This document shows, piece after piece, positions 46,900 to 55,567 of a stretch of 64,000 nt of DNA. The stretch is taken from positions 32,001 through 96,000 of IMG/VR virus record IMGVR_UViG_3300022927_001391, one strand, 5' to 3'. Numbering within the stretch: position 1 is the first letter of the stretch; each line of letters begins with the position of its first letter. Made by a program: the position numbers and the translations under genes. Source of the stretch: a virus. The notes below the pieces were generated by a model. That model was not told the origin of the DNA, searched no databases, and saw only the letters and a program-made list of their open reading frames with translations.

Positions 46900-47723
46900 T
46901 AGATCATATTCCTAACACCGTCTCTGAAACTGGTTGGGCATTCTAGACCCAAGCTCTTCATACGAGTAGTATCTGCATATCTATGACCTGCACCTTCTGG
47001 CTCATCAGTGTCTCGCTCTACAGGCACACGCTCTCCCCATATAAGTTCATAGATAGTTTCCGCGACTTCAATAAAGTCAATTGGAATACCTGTTCCAATA
47101 TTGACTGTTATACTATCATCTCTTTGGATTAGCGTGTTCCAAATAGCCAGTGCATCGTCAATATAAACCCAGTCACGTGTTTGTGTCCCGCTACCCCATA
47201 CACTACACTGCTTACGTTTGGCACGTTCGATAATAGCAGGTAGCGGATAGTCCATGCTCTGTCCAGGTCCATATATACTAAAAGGTCTAACAACCATACT
47301 AGGTATTTTGCAAAACTCTAGCATACGTTCTGCCATAAGTTTTTCCATACCGTATAAGTCAAACGTATCACTACTGCCAAATGTATCCTCTTGCATAGGA
47401 GTACCAGTTTTATGCTGTAGGTCCACGGGATATGCTGCACAACTACTTGGGTAAAGTATTTTACCACAATGCTGTTCTGCCCAACTAAAGGCAATCCTAT
47501 CTAGTTCAGCGTTCTCTGCAATACGCCAATAGTTATTATCGATACCTTTGCGTCCTCCTACGTAGGCTGCAAAATGTATGAGCACATCAAAGTTTTCATT
47601 GGGCATACCCTTGCGTATGTCTTCTTGAATGTCCATGCCTGTAACAGCATGACCTTGATCTGCAAAATATTTTTGTGCGTGGCTACCTAAAAAGCCTCTG
47701 TTACCTGTAATTAATATTTTCAT
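46899..47723 (-). CDS. NAD-dependent epimerase/dehydratase
   Basis: TGNRGFLG, HFAA, YGMEK, YGPG, TRDWVYIDD. Confidence 0.88.
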   Translation of the reverse strand: MKILITGNRGFLGSHAQKYFADQGHAVTGMDIQEDIRKGMPNENFDVLIHFAAYVGGRKGIDNNYWRIAENAELDRIAFSWAEQHCGKILYPSSCAAYPVDLQHKTGTPMQEDTFGSSDTFDLYGMEKLMAERMLEFCKIPSMVVRPFSIYGPGQSMDYPLPAIIERAKRKQCSVWGSGTQTRDWVYIDDALAIWNTLIQRDDSITVNIGTGIPIDFIEVAETIYELIWGERVPVERDTDEPEGAGHRYADTTRMKSLGLECPTSFRDGVRNMI

Positions 47724-48561
47724 ATACGTACTCTGCCCATTGTTTGTGATAGTCTGCTAACGGATGTTGATTACGGAATATATTAGTATCTGAGTAATGC
47801 TGTTCTCTGTATTCAACACTGTCTATTAGCTGTAACATCCATTGCTTAAAGTCTACTAGTTGTTTACCGCTAACAAACTCTTCGATAGTCAGCAGTCTTT
47901 CAACTGCTGTCATATCTGTATAGACACATTTGTCGTCAGTAATTCCTATTGTTTTGTACCAAGCGTCAAAACTTGAAGTGAAACCTAAACTATCTATCAT
48001 ATTAGTAGTAAGGTATAGATTAACGTGAGGAAACTGTAAACTGTTGCGTATTTGTTTTATAGCCGTTGTATTTAACAATTCCAAAAGACTGTAATAATCA
48101 TTAGGTGTGTTTATATTTTGTTTGAACCACTCTACGTAGTCAAAGTCATGATCAATATCTGTGTTAAACATTCTACCAGCACCTGTAAACACACAGACTA
48201 CTAGGATCTTTTCATAGTTTAACAATGGCACAATATTGGCAAACTCAGTTATCCTGTTAGCCATCCATTGATTTCCTTGAGCACACAATGCGAGATTTAA
48301 CCAGTCCGAGCCCATCATACCTGAGAGTTGGTTTCCCCAAACGGATTTTAATCTATAGTCATCGTCAGAGTTGTTCTCGCTTATATCGCTACCCCAAGTC
48401 CAACTATCTCCGACAGTAACTAGTAGAATGTTGCTTGATCTGCTTACAAAGTCAAAAGTGTTTGTAGGAGTTAGATACCAGCTATTAGTGCTATCAGCGA
48501 TAGTAAAATACCTAGGAAGTACTTCTTTAGCTAAAACTATTGGCAATGTATTTGCACTCAT
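47701..48561 (-). CDS. SGNH/GDSL-like protein
   Basis: VGDSWTWG, QGN, HPLADYH. Confidence 0.65.
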   Translation of the reverse strand: MSANTLPIVLAKEVLPRYFTIADSTNSWYLTPTNTFDFVSRSSNILLVTVGDSWTWGSDISENNSDDDYRLKSVWGNQLSGMMGSDWLNLALCAQGNQWMANRITEFANIVPLLNYEKILVVCVFTGAGRMFNTDIDHDFDYVEWFKQNINTPNDYYSLLELLNTTAIKQIRNSLQFPHVNLYLTTNMIDSLGFTSSFDAWYKTIGITDDKCVYTDMTAVERLLTIEEFVSGKQLVDFKQWMLQLIDSVEYREQHYSDTNIFRNQHPLADYHKQWAEYVYENINYR

Positions 48562-49897
48562 TCCAAAACTCTGACATTTCAGGAAATGTTTCTAAAAAGT
48601 TCGTACCGCGTCTGCGATCATGTTCACTAAAAAATCTATAAAAGTCTGCTCTGCGTGTATCAATGTCACTTACATTATCCACACCTTGCATCCATGCTAG
48701 ATCACGTCTCATCTTTAGTACTTCGTAGTCCTTAAATCCGTGCATCTCATCTAAATTGGATTCCATAAATTTTATACAGTCTTTAAGATATAACTGATAT
48801 GCCGGAGTTAATATCTGCATACTTTGCCATTCAGGAGTATACAGTAATGGAGTATCAAACCAAATACGCTGATAACTTTTGGTATAAGTCTTGCGAAGGT
48901 ATAAAATATACTCTAGCAGTTTCTGCAGACTAATAATACTTAAATTATTCATTGTAATTATCAAGGTAAGACTGGAACGCTCAGGAACCTCTTTTATAAA
49001 CTGTTCAATGCGTGACTTACAAAGTTCAAAGTCAAGTCCATGCCTAATGTATTCTGCTTGTGCACCCCAAGTATCCAAGCTGACAAACTGCATGAAGTGT
49101 TCTATTTGTTCGCCAGTGCATAGTCGTTTAACATAGTCCATGTAGCGAGTAAAGATACGTTCGTCCACACTAAAGTTACTTGTTACGTTTAAGTGAAGAT
49201 CAGGCTTTGGGTTCTCAAGTACATAATCAAACACACGATAGGTGTTTGGATCCATGGTAGGTTCGCCGCCGGTCATACGAAAGTGTTTAAGGTCTTTGTA
49301 TAGGTCTGGCCACCAACGCCAGAATGCTTCACGATATGGATTAGTGTCCCTATTAGGAATAGGCTTACGTTCGCCTTTAAAATGTGCAGGATCATTATGA
49401 GGAGTGCTTGTAGGATAAGCACCAAACTCATCTGCTTCACGTTCCCATGTACTGCTAAACTGTGGACTACAATAACTACACTTTAGATTACAACTGTTAT
49501 TAAAGTTAACTTCTACGTAACTGGGATTAACATCTGCTTGTGGGTTTGCTACAATGTCTTCGAATGCCTCCATAGCCCAAGGCTCACCGCTGCGATAATG
49601 CCTATCACTGAGGTCACCGTTTTTCTCAATATTCCAACAGTAGTTACATTCGGCACACTTTACACCTGCCATCATTTCGGCACGTCGTTCTTTCTTGTGT
49701 GCTGTATTGTGTAGTGCGCTTGGATTACTTGCTAGTGGCTCTACGGGTATGCGGTGCAATGGGGGATGGTAGCAACTGTTAGTATGCCCTGTTGTTAGAT
49801 GTAAACTAACTTGTTTCCATTTTGCCAAGCAGAAACTGCCGCTAACACCTGCCATACGTGCTTTTGCTATGTTTGCGTCTGTCAGATAGTCACTCAT
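48527..49897 (-). CDS. Radical SAM enzyme with N-terminal twitch domain (5, AKW subtype)
   Basis: CLAKW...SCYHP...CNYCW; CNLKCSYC; GGEP; SLD; EYIR. Confidence 0.88.
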   Translation of the reverse strand: MSDYLTDANIAKARMAGVSGSFCLAKWKQVSLHLTTGHTNSCYHPPLHRIPVEPLASNPSALHNTAHKKERRAEMMAGVKCAECNYCWNIEKNGDLSDRHYRSGEPWAMEAFEDIVANPQADVNPSYVEVNFNNSCNLKCSYCSPQFSSTWEREADEFGAYPTSTPHNDPAHFKGERKPIPNRDTNPYREAFWRWWPDLYKDLKHFRMTGGEPTMDPNTYRVFDYVLENPKPDLHLNVTSNFSVDERIFTRYMDYVKRLCTGEQIEHFMQFVSLDTWGAQAEYIRHGLDFELCKSRIEQFIKEVPERSSLTLIITMNNLSIISLQKLLEYILYLRKTYTKSYQRIWFDTPLLYTPEWQSMQILTPAYQLYLKDCIKFMESNLDEMHGFKDYEVLKMRRDLAWMQGVDNVSDIDTRRADFYRFFSEHDRRRGTNFLETFPEMSEFWNECKYIANSFS

Positions 49898-50825
49898 TGG
49901 CTAACTCTATCAAACGTTGTTGATTATTTTTAAGCCTGTCAGTTATAGTGTTGTAGTCTACAGGGTTTCGCATAAACTTTTGTAAACTATTAAAAACTTT
50001 ATCCACTCTTATATAGCTGCTTTCGGTATCATAGGTTTTATCTAGTATATCATCGAACGTATCAAAACCTAATTCTCTGAGATTACGCTCATAGTTAGGA
50101 CTTCCTATTACTAGAAAAAGTCTACCGTAATATATTGGCCTAAATATTTTTTCTGTCATAAAAAAAGTTCCAGAAGCTATATTTGTTTCGCACACAATTT
50201 CAATAGCTATATTATTATACGTTTCATGCCAAATTGGATCCAAGTCAAATCTACAAATCTGTGTAAATGTATCTTGTGTACCGAAATGAAAATTTTTATC
50301 TATAATATCACTATAGGGCAGGATTGGTTTTATTTCCTGCCATTTTTCGTTGTTTTCACAAATAAAGGGAGTGAAATCACAGTTGGATTCTAAAGTATTA
50401 TTAATGTTTACATGGCAAGTAGCGATACAGTTTTGCATCTTTCTTGATTTCCAAAATGCATATAAACGTTCATTAGTACCTCTACCTGTAAACAAACCAA
50501 AATTATTTTTATATGGATTGTTGAAGTCAATAGGTTTTAAATTTTTTGGCAGTAGACGGTTTTTAACTGTATTTACAACAAATGTTTCACTTTTGCCTAG
50601 CCTATCTGTAGATTCAAAAGTTATATTACTATACGGAATATGAAGTTTATTGGCAATGTCTTTTACTATATTTTCTATACCATTGGCAACAATATCCCAG
50701 CCATCAGTACCTAAACTTAAAACAATAGGTTTACCTGTTTTATGTATTGCTGCTATTTCTAGTGCTAGAAGATGAGTGTCTCTAATGTGACTAGCACCGC
50801 AGTATTTTGTTAAATCAATCTTCAC
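49890..50825 (-). CDS. TEK-motif GT10-like glycosyltransferase (paralog 4)
   Basis: VCET...MTEKIFRP...G...LRELGFDTF; GTG start assumed. Confidence 0.55.
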   Translation of the reverse strand: MKIDLTKYCGASHIRDTHLLALEIAAIHKTGKPIVLSLGTDGWDIVANGIENIVKDIANKLHIPYSNITFESTDRLGKSETFVVNTVKNRLLPKNLKPIDFNNPYKNNFGLFTGRGTNERLYAFWKSRKMQNCIATCHVNINNTLESNCDFTPFICENNEKWQEIKPILPYSDIIDKNFHFGTQDTFTQICRFDLDPIWHETYNNIAIEIVCETNIASGTFFMTEKIFRPIYYGRLFLVIGSPNYERNLRELGFDTFDDILDKTYDTESSYIRVDKVFNSLQKFMRNPVDYNTITDRLKNNQQRLIELANE

Positions 50826-51354
50826 GCAAAAACCCACTAATTTGCATGGTGTATTTGTCTTGCATGCCTGCATTAGCACCAAGATGTATTACACTGCTAT
50901 CCCATAGTAATGCATCACCTTGTTTCCAATGTGTAAAGTTTTTAAATTCCTTACCGTCTTCGCTATACTGTATAAAATGTCCCAGACAGTAATCTTCCAT
51001 ATGTATATTGGCACGTACTTTAAGTTCTGTTCTTTCAGGAAATTTTTTATTGATCTGATAAAATGTATCTCTATGTAGTGGTATAACACAACCTGGGGGT
51101 TGTTTAATGGCGCTGACAGTAACAACTTCGATACCTATCTGATTGCCAATTTCATCGAAATCAATATCATCCTTAGTATACCATAACTGATGTATGCGAG
51201 TATTAAGGTATTCGTAAGCAGTAGGTGCACCATATTTTTTATGAAGATCTGTTAGTTCATGTACCTGATGACTAATACAACTACCTTCATGTAATGTAAA
51301 GTCTGCTTGTAAAAACTTGTCGTAATCTATATTTAATTTAAGTTTCTTAAACAT
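50815..51354 (-). CDS. 2OG-Fe(II)/cupin-fold oxygenase-like protein
   Basis: PLHRD...H.GAN...KYTMQISG; paralog of 8838. Confidence 0.6.
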   Translation of the reverse strand: MFKKLKLNIDYDKFLQADFTLHEGSCISHQVHELTDLHKKYGAPTAYEYLNTRIHQLWYTKDDIDFDEIGNQIGIEVVTVSAIKQPPGCVIPLHRDTFYQINKKFPERTELKVRANIHMEDYCLGHFIQYSEDGKEFKNFTHWKQGDALLWDSSVIHLGANAGMQDKYTMQISGFLRED

Positions 51355-52281
51355 TTACCATCCTTCAACTTTCCTAATAACTTCTAGTTCTGTAGTCATA
51401 GGATCATATGCGTGATAAGTCTGACTGTAGTAGTGTTTAAAGAACCGGCTCTCTTCTGCTGTATAATCCACAATAGGAAGTTCTAGTTTACGTCTAAGTT
51501 GCACACCATATTCTGTAAAGTTAGTATCCAACCAAGATTGTTCTTCTTCCCAAATCTGATCAAGGGCTGCAAAGTCTCTTACTTCATGCCAGTCCCAGTC
51601 TGTCAGCATGAGCTTGTATGTGCCATAACGTGCACCATACATTGCTTCATAACCATACTCAGTGTCCTGTCCTACACTTTGCCAGATGCAGAGCTTGTCA
51701 AAGTTTTTTGCGTGTACCTGCTGTTTGAATTCTTCCAGTGTAGGCTTGCGTCCTTTCATCAAACACATCTTTACACCTTCTCTGAATCCTGCACGCCACG
51801 CATGTTTAGCATCGCCATTAGGATAGGTAGTACTATATACATTGTTCATTGGAATGTACTTGCTGTCGTAGCAAAACTCTACTACGGTTTCGTCACTACC
51901 ATCTGTTGCTTCGTGTGTTTGCATATTATTTACAAACTCACGTGTCCAACAACTAAGTCCACCATTGCCGTACATAAGTCCGTTAACAGCGTTACGTGCT
52001 TTCCAACGAAACACACAATCCTCATGCTCGGGCTTAATATCTAACTGTAGGTCAAAGAATGATTCGTCAGGTATATTGTCTCCGTCTATGAGAACAAAGC
52101 GTTCTGTTTCACTTGCTGCGGCGGCTGCTTTGTGTGCTGCGTCACTGCCTTCAACGCCATCCACACGTTTAGCCCAAGGCACAATGTTTTGTATCCTTAC
52201 CCAAAACTCTTCTTTCTGTGGTTCGTCGTAGCTTAGATAGATGCAGTCTAAGTCAGCTATGTCTACTAGTTGTCCAGCCAC
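51355..52281 (-). CDS. Glycosyltransferase-like protein (GT-A, DxD)
   Basis: LSYDEP, GVEGSDAAHKA, IDGD, NAVNGLMYGNGG, AWRAGFREGVKM. Confidence 0.6.
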   Translation of the reverse strand: MAGQLVDIADLDCIYLSYDEPQKEEFWVRIQNIVPWAKRVDGVEGSDAAHKAAAAASETERFVLIDGDNIPDESFFDLQLDIKPEHEDCVFRWKARNAVNGLMYGNGGLSCWTREFVNNMQTHEATDGSDETVVEFCYDSKYIPMNNVYSTTYPNGDAKHAWRAGFREGVKMCLMKGRKPTLEEFKQQVHAKNFDKLCIWQSVGQDTEYGYEAMYGARYGTYKLMLTDWDWHEVRDFAALDQIWEEEQSWLDTNFTEYGVQLRRKLELPIVDYTAEESRFFKHYYSQTYHAYDPMTTELEVIRKVEGW

Positions 52282-52496
52282 TCATGCAACCTTGCTACAT
52301 CTTCGTGACTGTCTGTTATAACACGAATACCACGTGCATATACTGTGCGGTCTAGTTCGTAAGTAGAACTAAATGACTGTTCACAAAACTGTTTTAGCTC
52401 TGTAAATAGTTCTTGATTGTCCTTAAACTGACTTTCTAGAATTTGCTCGCCCTTTTCTACACTATGGGGCAGAGGAACAAATACTTCATTTTGCAT
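52266..52496 (-). CDS. Hypothetical protein
   Basis: 76-aa ORF, AGGAG RBS. Confidence 0.5.
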   Translation of the reverse strand: MQNEVFVPLPHSVEKGEQILESQFKDNQELFTELKQFCEQSFSSTYELDRTVYARGIRVITDSHEDVARLHEWLDN

Positions 52497-52803
52497 TTTG
52501 AATCTCCTTTATACAAAAATATGGATTATTTTTTAAAGTAATTGCTGGTGTTACTTGCCAATATACATGGATAGCTGTATCTATATCTACGATTTTGCCA
52601 TCTTGAACACGCTGTCTCAGAGGATATACTAGTGTATCTTCTGATATAACAATATAATCTTCAGTCCAGTGTTCTGCTTTATTTACGTGACACCAGTTAA
52701 TAATTTCACCAGTTTCTTTATTATAACGCAAACGAACTTCCAGTTCAATTTTAGTGCGCTTTTGTAGCTTTTTAGCTATTAATTGTTCTAACTCTGTACT
52801 CAT
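52486..52803 (-). CDS. Hypothetical protein
   Basis: RLRYNKETGEI motif. Confidence 0.55.
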   Translation of the reverse strand: MSTELEQLIAKKLQKRTKIELEVRLRYNKETGEIINWCHVNKAEHWTEDYIVISEDTLVYPLRQRVQDGKIVDIDTAIHVYWQVTPAITLKNNPYFCIKEIQNAK

Positions 52804-53617
52804 ATCTATCTATCAATTCTGGAGTGCAAAATGTTTTATCGAAATAATGGAACGGATACTGTTGCGCATACCCGCCTACAATTAGATCAAAGTCGTCTGT
52901 TAGTGTCCATGGTACAGCATCCTGCCAGCGCATGCTATTCTTCCAGTTATTAATAGCTGGCTTCATGTGTGTAAATGTAGGATAACTTAATTTGTTTGAA
53001 CAAGGTATTCCAAGATTTGACTGGGCCAATCCATATAGAACATCAGTGTCAGGTTTGTCATAGATGCTATACTCAAGAACACTGTCACGCAACTCAGCCC
53101 AATGGTGTATCGCCTGCTCAATAGCTCTACAGAAGCCCACACTAGTCCTACTATACCTAAAATATGAAAACCCATTATAAGCATCATCAAGGGAATTGGC
53201 ATCAAAAAACTTCCTGTAGTAACGTGTTTGGGCAATATTACCCTGATAGTCTCTTACACTATTAGTATAGCACACATCTTGTAATCTACAACCATTCCAC
53301 CAGTGGTCCAAACTGCGAGGAATCAGCATGTCGCTTTCTACTTTAAATGTTTCCTTAAAAGGTGTAACATTCATTACCCACGCTTCGTTATAGAAAGGCT
53401 CTGTGTGTGGTACTGTAATAATGTGATCAAAGGTTTTACGTTGCTGTTCTGTAATGGTCGCCTCAGATTCAGCATCAACTACTACAGCAAATCTATTATG
53501 CTTACAGGTTGCTTTTACACTAAGAGCAAGCAAATAGGCGAGGTCAACATAGTTTGTTGTCTCACTATTCTGTGCAAATGTTAGCCAACCCTGTGGTTCT
53601 ACTTTTTCTCGATACAT
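52772..53617 (-). CDS. GT8-like glycosyltransferase
   Basis: LALSVK, TPFKETFKVESDM (degenerate DxD), THMK, FHY. Confidence 0.6.
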   Translation of the reverse strand: MYREKVEPQGWLTFAQNSETTNYVDLAYLLALSVKATCKHNRFAVVVDAESEATITEQQRKTFDHIITVPHTEPFYNEAWVMNVTPFKETFKVESDMLIPRSLDHWWNGCRLQDVCYTNSVRDYQGNIAQTRYYRKFFDANSLDDAYNGFSYFRYSRTSVGFCRAIEQAIHHWAELRDSVLEYSIYDKPDTDVLYGLAQSNLGIPCSNKLSYPTFTHMKPAINNWKNSMRWQDAVPWTLTDDFDLIVGGYAQQYPFHYFDKTFCTPELIDRYEYRVRTINS

Positions 53618-53769
53618 AAACCGACTTCTGTTTGTTCTACTATTAATATATCGCCTTCTTTCCAGCCTGTCATTTCTAATAGCTCTGCAGGTAGATTCAT
53701 TATAACATTGTTGGGATCATCCTGAATGTCTTCAAAAATATCTTTGACTTTAAATGTTAGCGTAGTCAT
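53599..53769 (-). CDS. AbrB/MazE-like swapped-hairpin protein (56 aa, not in ORF track)
   Basis: MTTLTFKVKDIFEDIQDDPNNVIMNLPAELLEMTGWKEGDILIVEQ...; GGAG RBS. Confidence 0.65.
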   Translation of the reverse strand: MTTLTFKVKDIFEDIQDDPNNVIMNLPAELLEMTGWKEGDILIVEQTEVGLCIEKK

Positions 53770-54532
53770 ACAATGCTCCGTATATTTCTGGATCCTGTAA
53801 GCAGGCTTTGTTCATACAGTGTAGGTTTACACCTTTAAGTTTAACAGCATTATACTTGTCACCGTCTTGATAGCGTATGCGTAGTTCATCTCCGTTAGCA
53901 GAATAGATAGTGTCCATTGTACTCAAACTACCCAGTGGATGATTAAAGTAGGTACCACTAGCATAGCCATTCATAAGCTGATGTGCAATTGTTAGACTAA
54001 AGTCATTGCGATATTTGCCTGCTACAAATCCCCAAAACTTTGCATAGTAACGCCAGTTGGCTTGTACGTTCTTCATCATTTCAAATATATTATGGGCTAG
54101 GTCGCACTTGCGAAAGTAAACGACCGTAGCCCATAACATTGGATGGCCGGCCCTGGTCATCCTTTGATCGTTACGGAAACTATTTGTGGAGGTAACATCC
54201 CATACACGATCATAACATAAAAACTCATTTGTACTACCAAAGTACTGCTTAAGATTATCATTAAAAGTAAGGTAGTCTACGTCTATTAAGAGTGTTTCAT
54301 CATAAGGGCTTAAATCATATGCCAGTGTTCTATCACTGTTGTACCAGGGCACTGTGACAACTTCGCCTTCATGCCAGCGGAATGCTCTAGTATTGCCAGG
54401 CCGCGCTTCACCTACATATATATGTGTTTCAATGTCTAAATGTTTTTCTACAAGTTTGGCAGCTAGTTTAGCAAACCCTATGTAGTCTATTGTTTCATGT
54501 GGTGTAGCAAGTAGTAGTGCACCCTTACTCAT
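53750..54532 (-). CDS. GT8-like glycosyltransferase
   Basis: SPYDETLLIDVDY (DxD), WATVVYF, RNDF, HCMNK. Confidence 0.65.
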   Translation of the reverse strand: MSKGALLLATPHETIDYIGFAKLAAKLVEKHLDIETHIYVGEARPGNTRAFRWHEGEVVTVPWYNSDRTLAYDLSPYDETLLIDVDYLTFNDNLKQYFGSTNEFLCYDRVWDVTSTNSFRNDQRMTRAGHPMLWATVVYFRKCDLAHNIFEMMKNVQANWRYYAKFWGFVAGKYRNDFSLTIAHQLMNGYASGTYFNHPLGSLSTMDTIYSANGDELRIRYQDGDKYNAVKLKGVNLHCMNKACLQDPEIYGALYDYANI

Positions 54533-55202
54533 CTAAGATACTATCCAATAAAAAATCAGCATAAGCAGCATGCCCTTTTTCATCAGGATGACCTGCCCAT
54601 CCATATTGATCATGATCCCAGGGTGTTAGATTATTATCTTGCATTATTTGGTGCAAACTATTTTCAAACATGTTTATAAATCTAGGTCTGGACTGTATTT
54701 GTTCGTATATTTTATTAGCAAATACAAAATCATTGTCAATGTCAAAGTTGAAACCTAAATTATGTATTATAAAATTTTTATTATTGTGGCTAAGATAATC
54801 ATGTAGTTGAAGTAGATTAAACAGAACATTTACTTCCATATACTGCCAGTCAAATAATTGTTGTGTTTCTCTAGTAGCATCAGTAATTTGAAAACTTTTA
54901 ATACTGTCCTCTTCTCTCCATCTTTTATATTCGTTGTCTCTAATACTATAGCTAGGAACATCATCTGTGAAGTGTTCTAAACGTTGTACAACTCCTATGC
55001 CAATAAGCATAAGACTGTCTTGTTCACTTAGACTGTACCTAATAGCTGATCTTATAATTTGGGCAGGGCTTTTCCGGGTAAATCCATAGTGCTCTAAATC
55101 TAAACCTAGTCTTTGTGCTAATATATGACCAGTTGTTGTTTTTTGTCCGGCAGGCAATGCCATACTATGACTATCCCCATCGTAATATAATTTTTTAGTC
55201 AT
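54525..55202 (-). CDS. SGNH/GDSL-like protein
   Basis: DGDSHS, GHPDEKGH. Confidence 0.65.
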   Translation of the reverse strand: MTKKLYYDGDSHSMALPAGQKTTTGHILAQRLGLDLEHYGFTRKSPAQIIRSAIRYSLSEQDSLMLIGIGVVQRLEHFTDDVPSYSIRDNEYKRWREEDSIKSFQITDATRETQQLFDWQYMEVNVLFNLLQLHDYLSHNNKNFIIHNLGFNFDIDNDFVFANKIYEQIQSRPRFINMFENSLHQIMQDNNLTPWDHDQYGWAGHPDEKGHAAYADFLLDSILDE

Positions 55203-55525
55203 AGTTGTTCTACACGTCTAACCTTTTTTAATTCAGCATGTTGATTGTGCCAATCATTCATTACTTCGTACCAGCGTTGTCTACAGTGTACTAACATGTC
55301 ACAAGCATCTGTAATCTTTACTGGATTATCGTAGTCGTCTACGAGATATAGCAGTTCATCTGCTGGCCATGTTGCTAGTAGGGCTATTAGTTCTACTGTA
55401 ACTTTAAACTGTCCACCATCATATGTGATAGTGAGACGCTGTTCCTGTTGTTCTTTAAGAGCCAAGCGTTGACGATTGTGGTCAAGACGCTGGCGTGCGA
55501 ATTGTTCAAATGTTTCTAAGGTCAT
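55199..55525 (-). CDS. Hypothetical protein, probably leaderless
   Basis: ATG at 55525 sits 7 nt downstream of the -10 box, with no SD. Confidence 0.6.
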   Translation of the reverse strand: MTLETFEQFARQRLDHNRQRLALKEQQEQRLTITYDGGQFKVTVELIALLATWPADELLYLVDDYDNPVKITDACDMLVHCRQRWYEVMNDWHNQHAELKKVRRVEQL

Positions 55526-55532
55526 GTAAGAT

Positions 55533-55561
55533 AGTATAACAGGGCTCGAAAGCCCTGTCAA
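55533..55561 (-). promoter_or_regulatory. Sigma70 promoter TTGACA-N17-TATACT whose spacer is a UUCG-capped hairpin
   Basis: Minus strand reads TTGACAGGGCT-TTCG-AGCCCTGTTATACT. Confidence 0.7.
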
Positions 55562-55567
55562 TTACTA

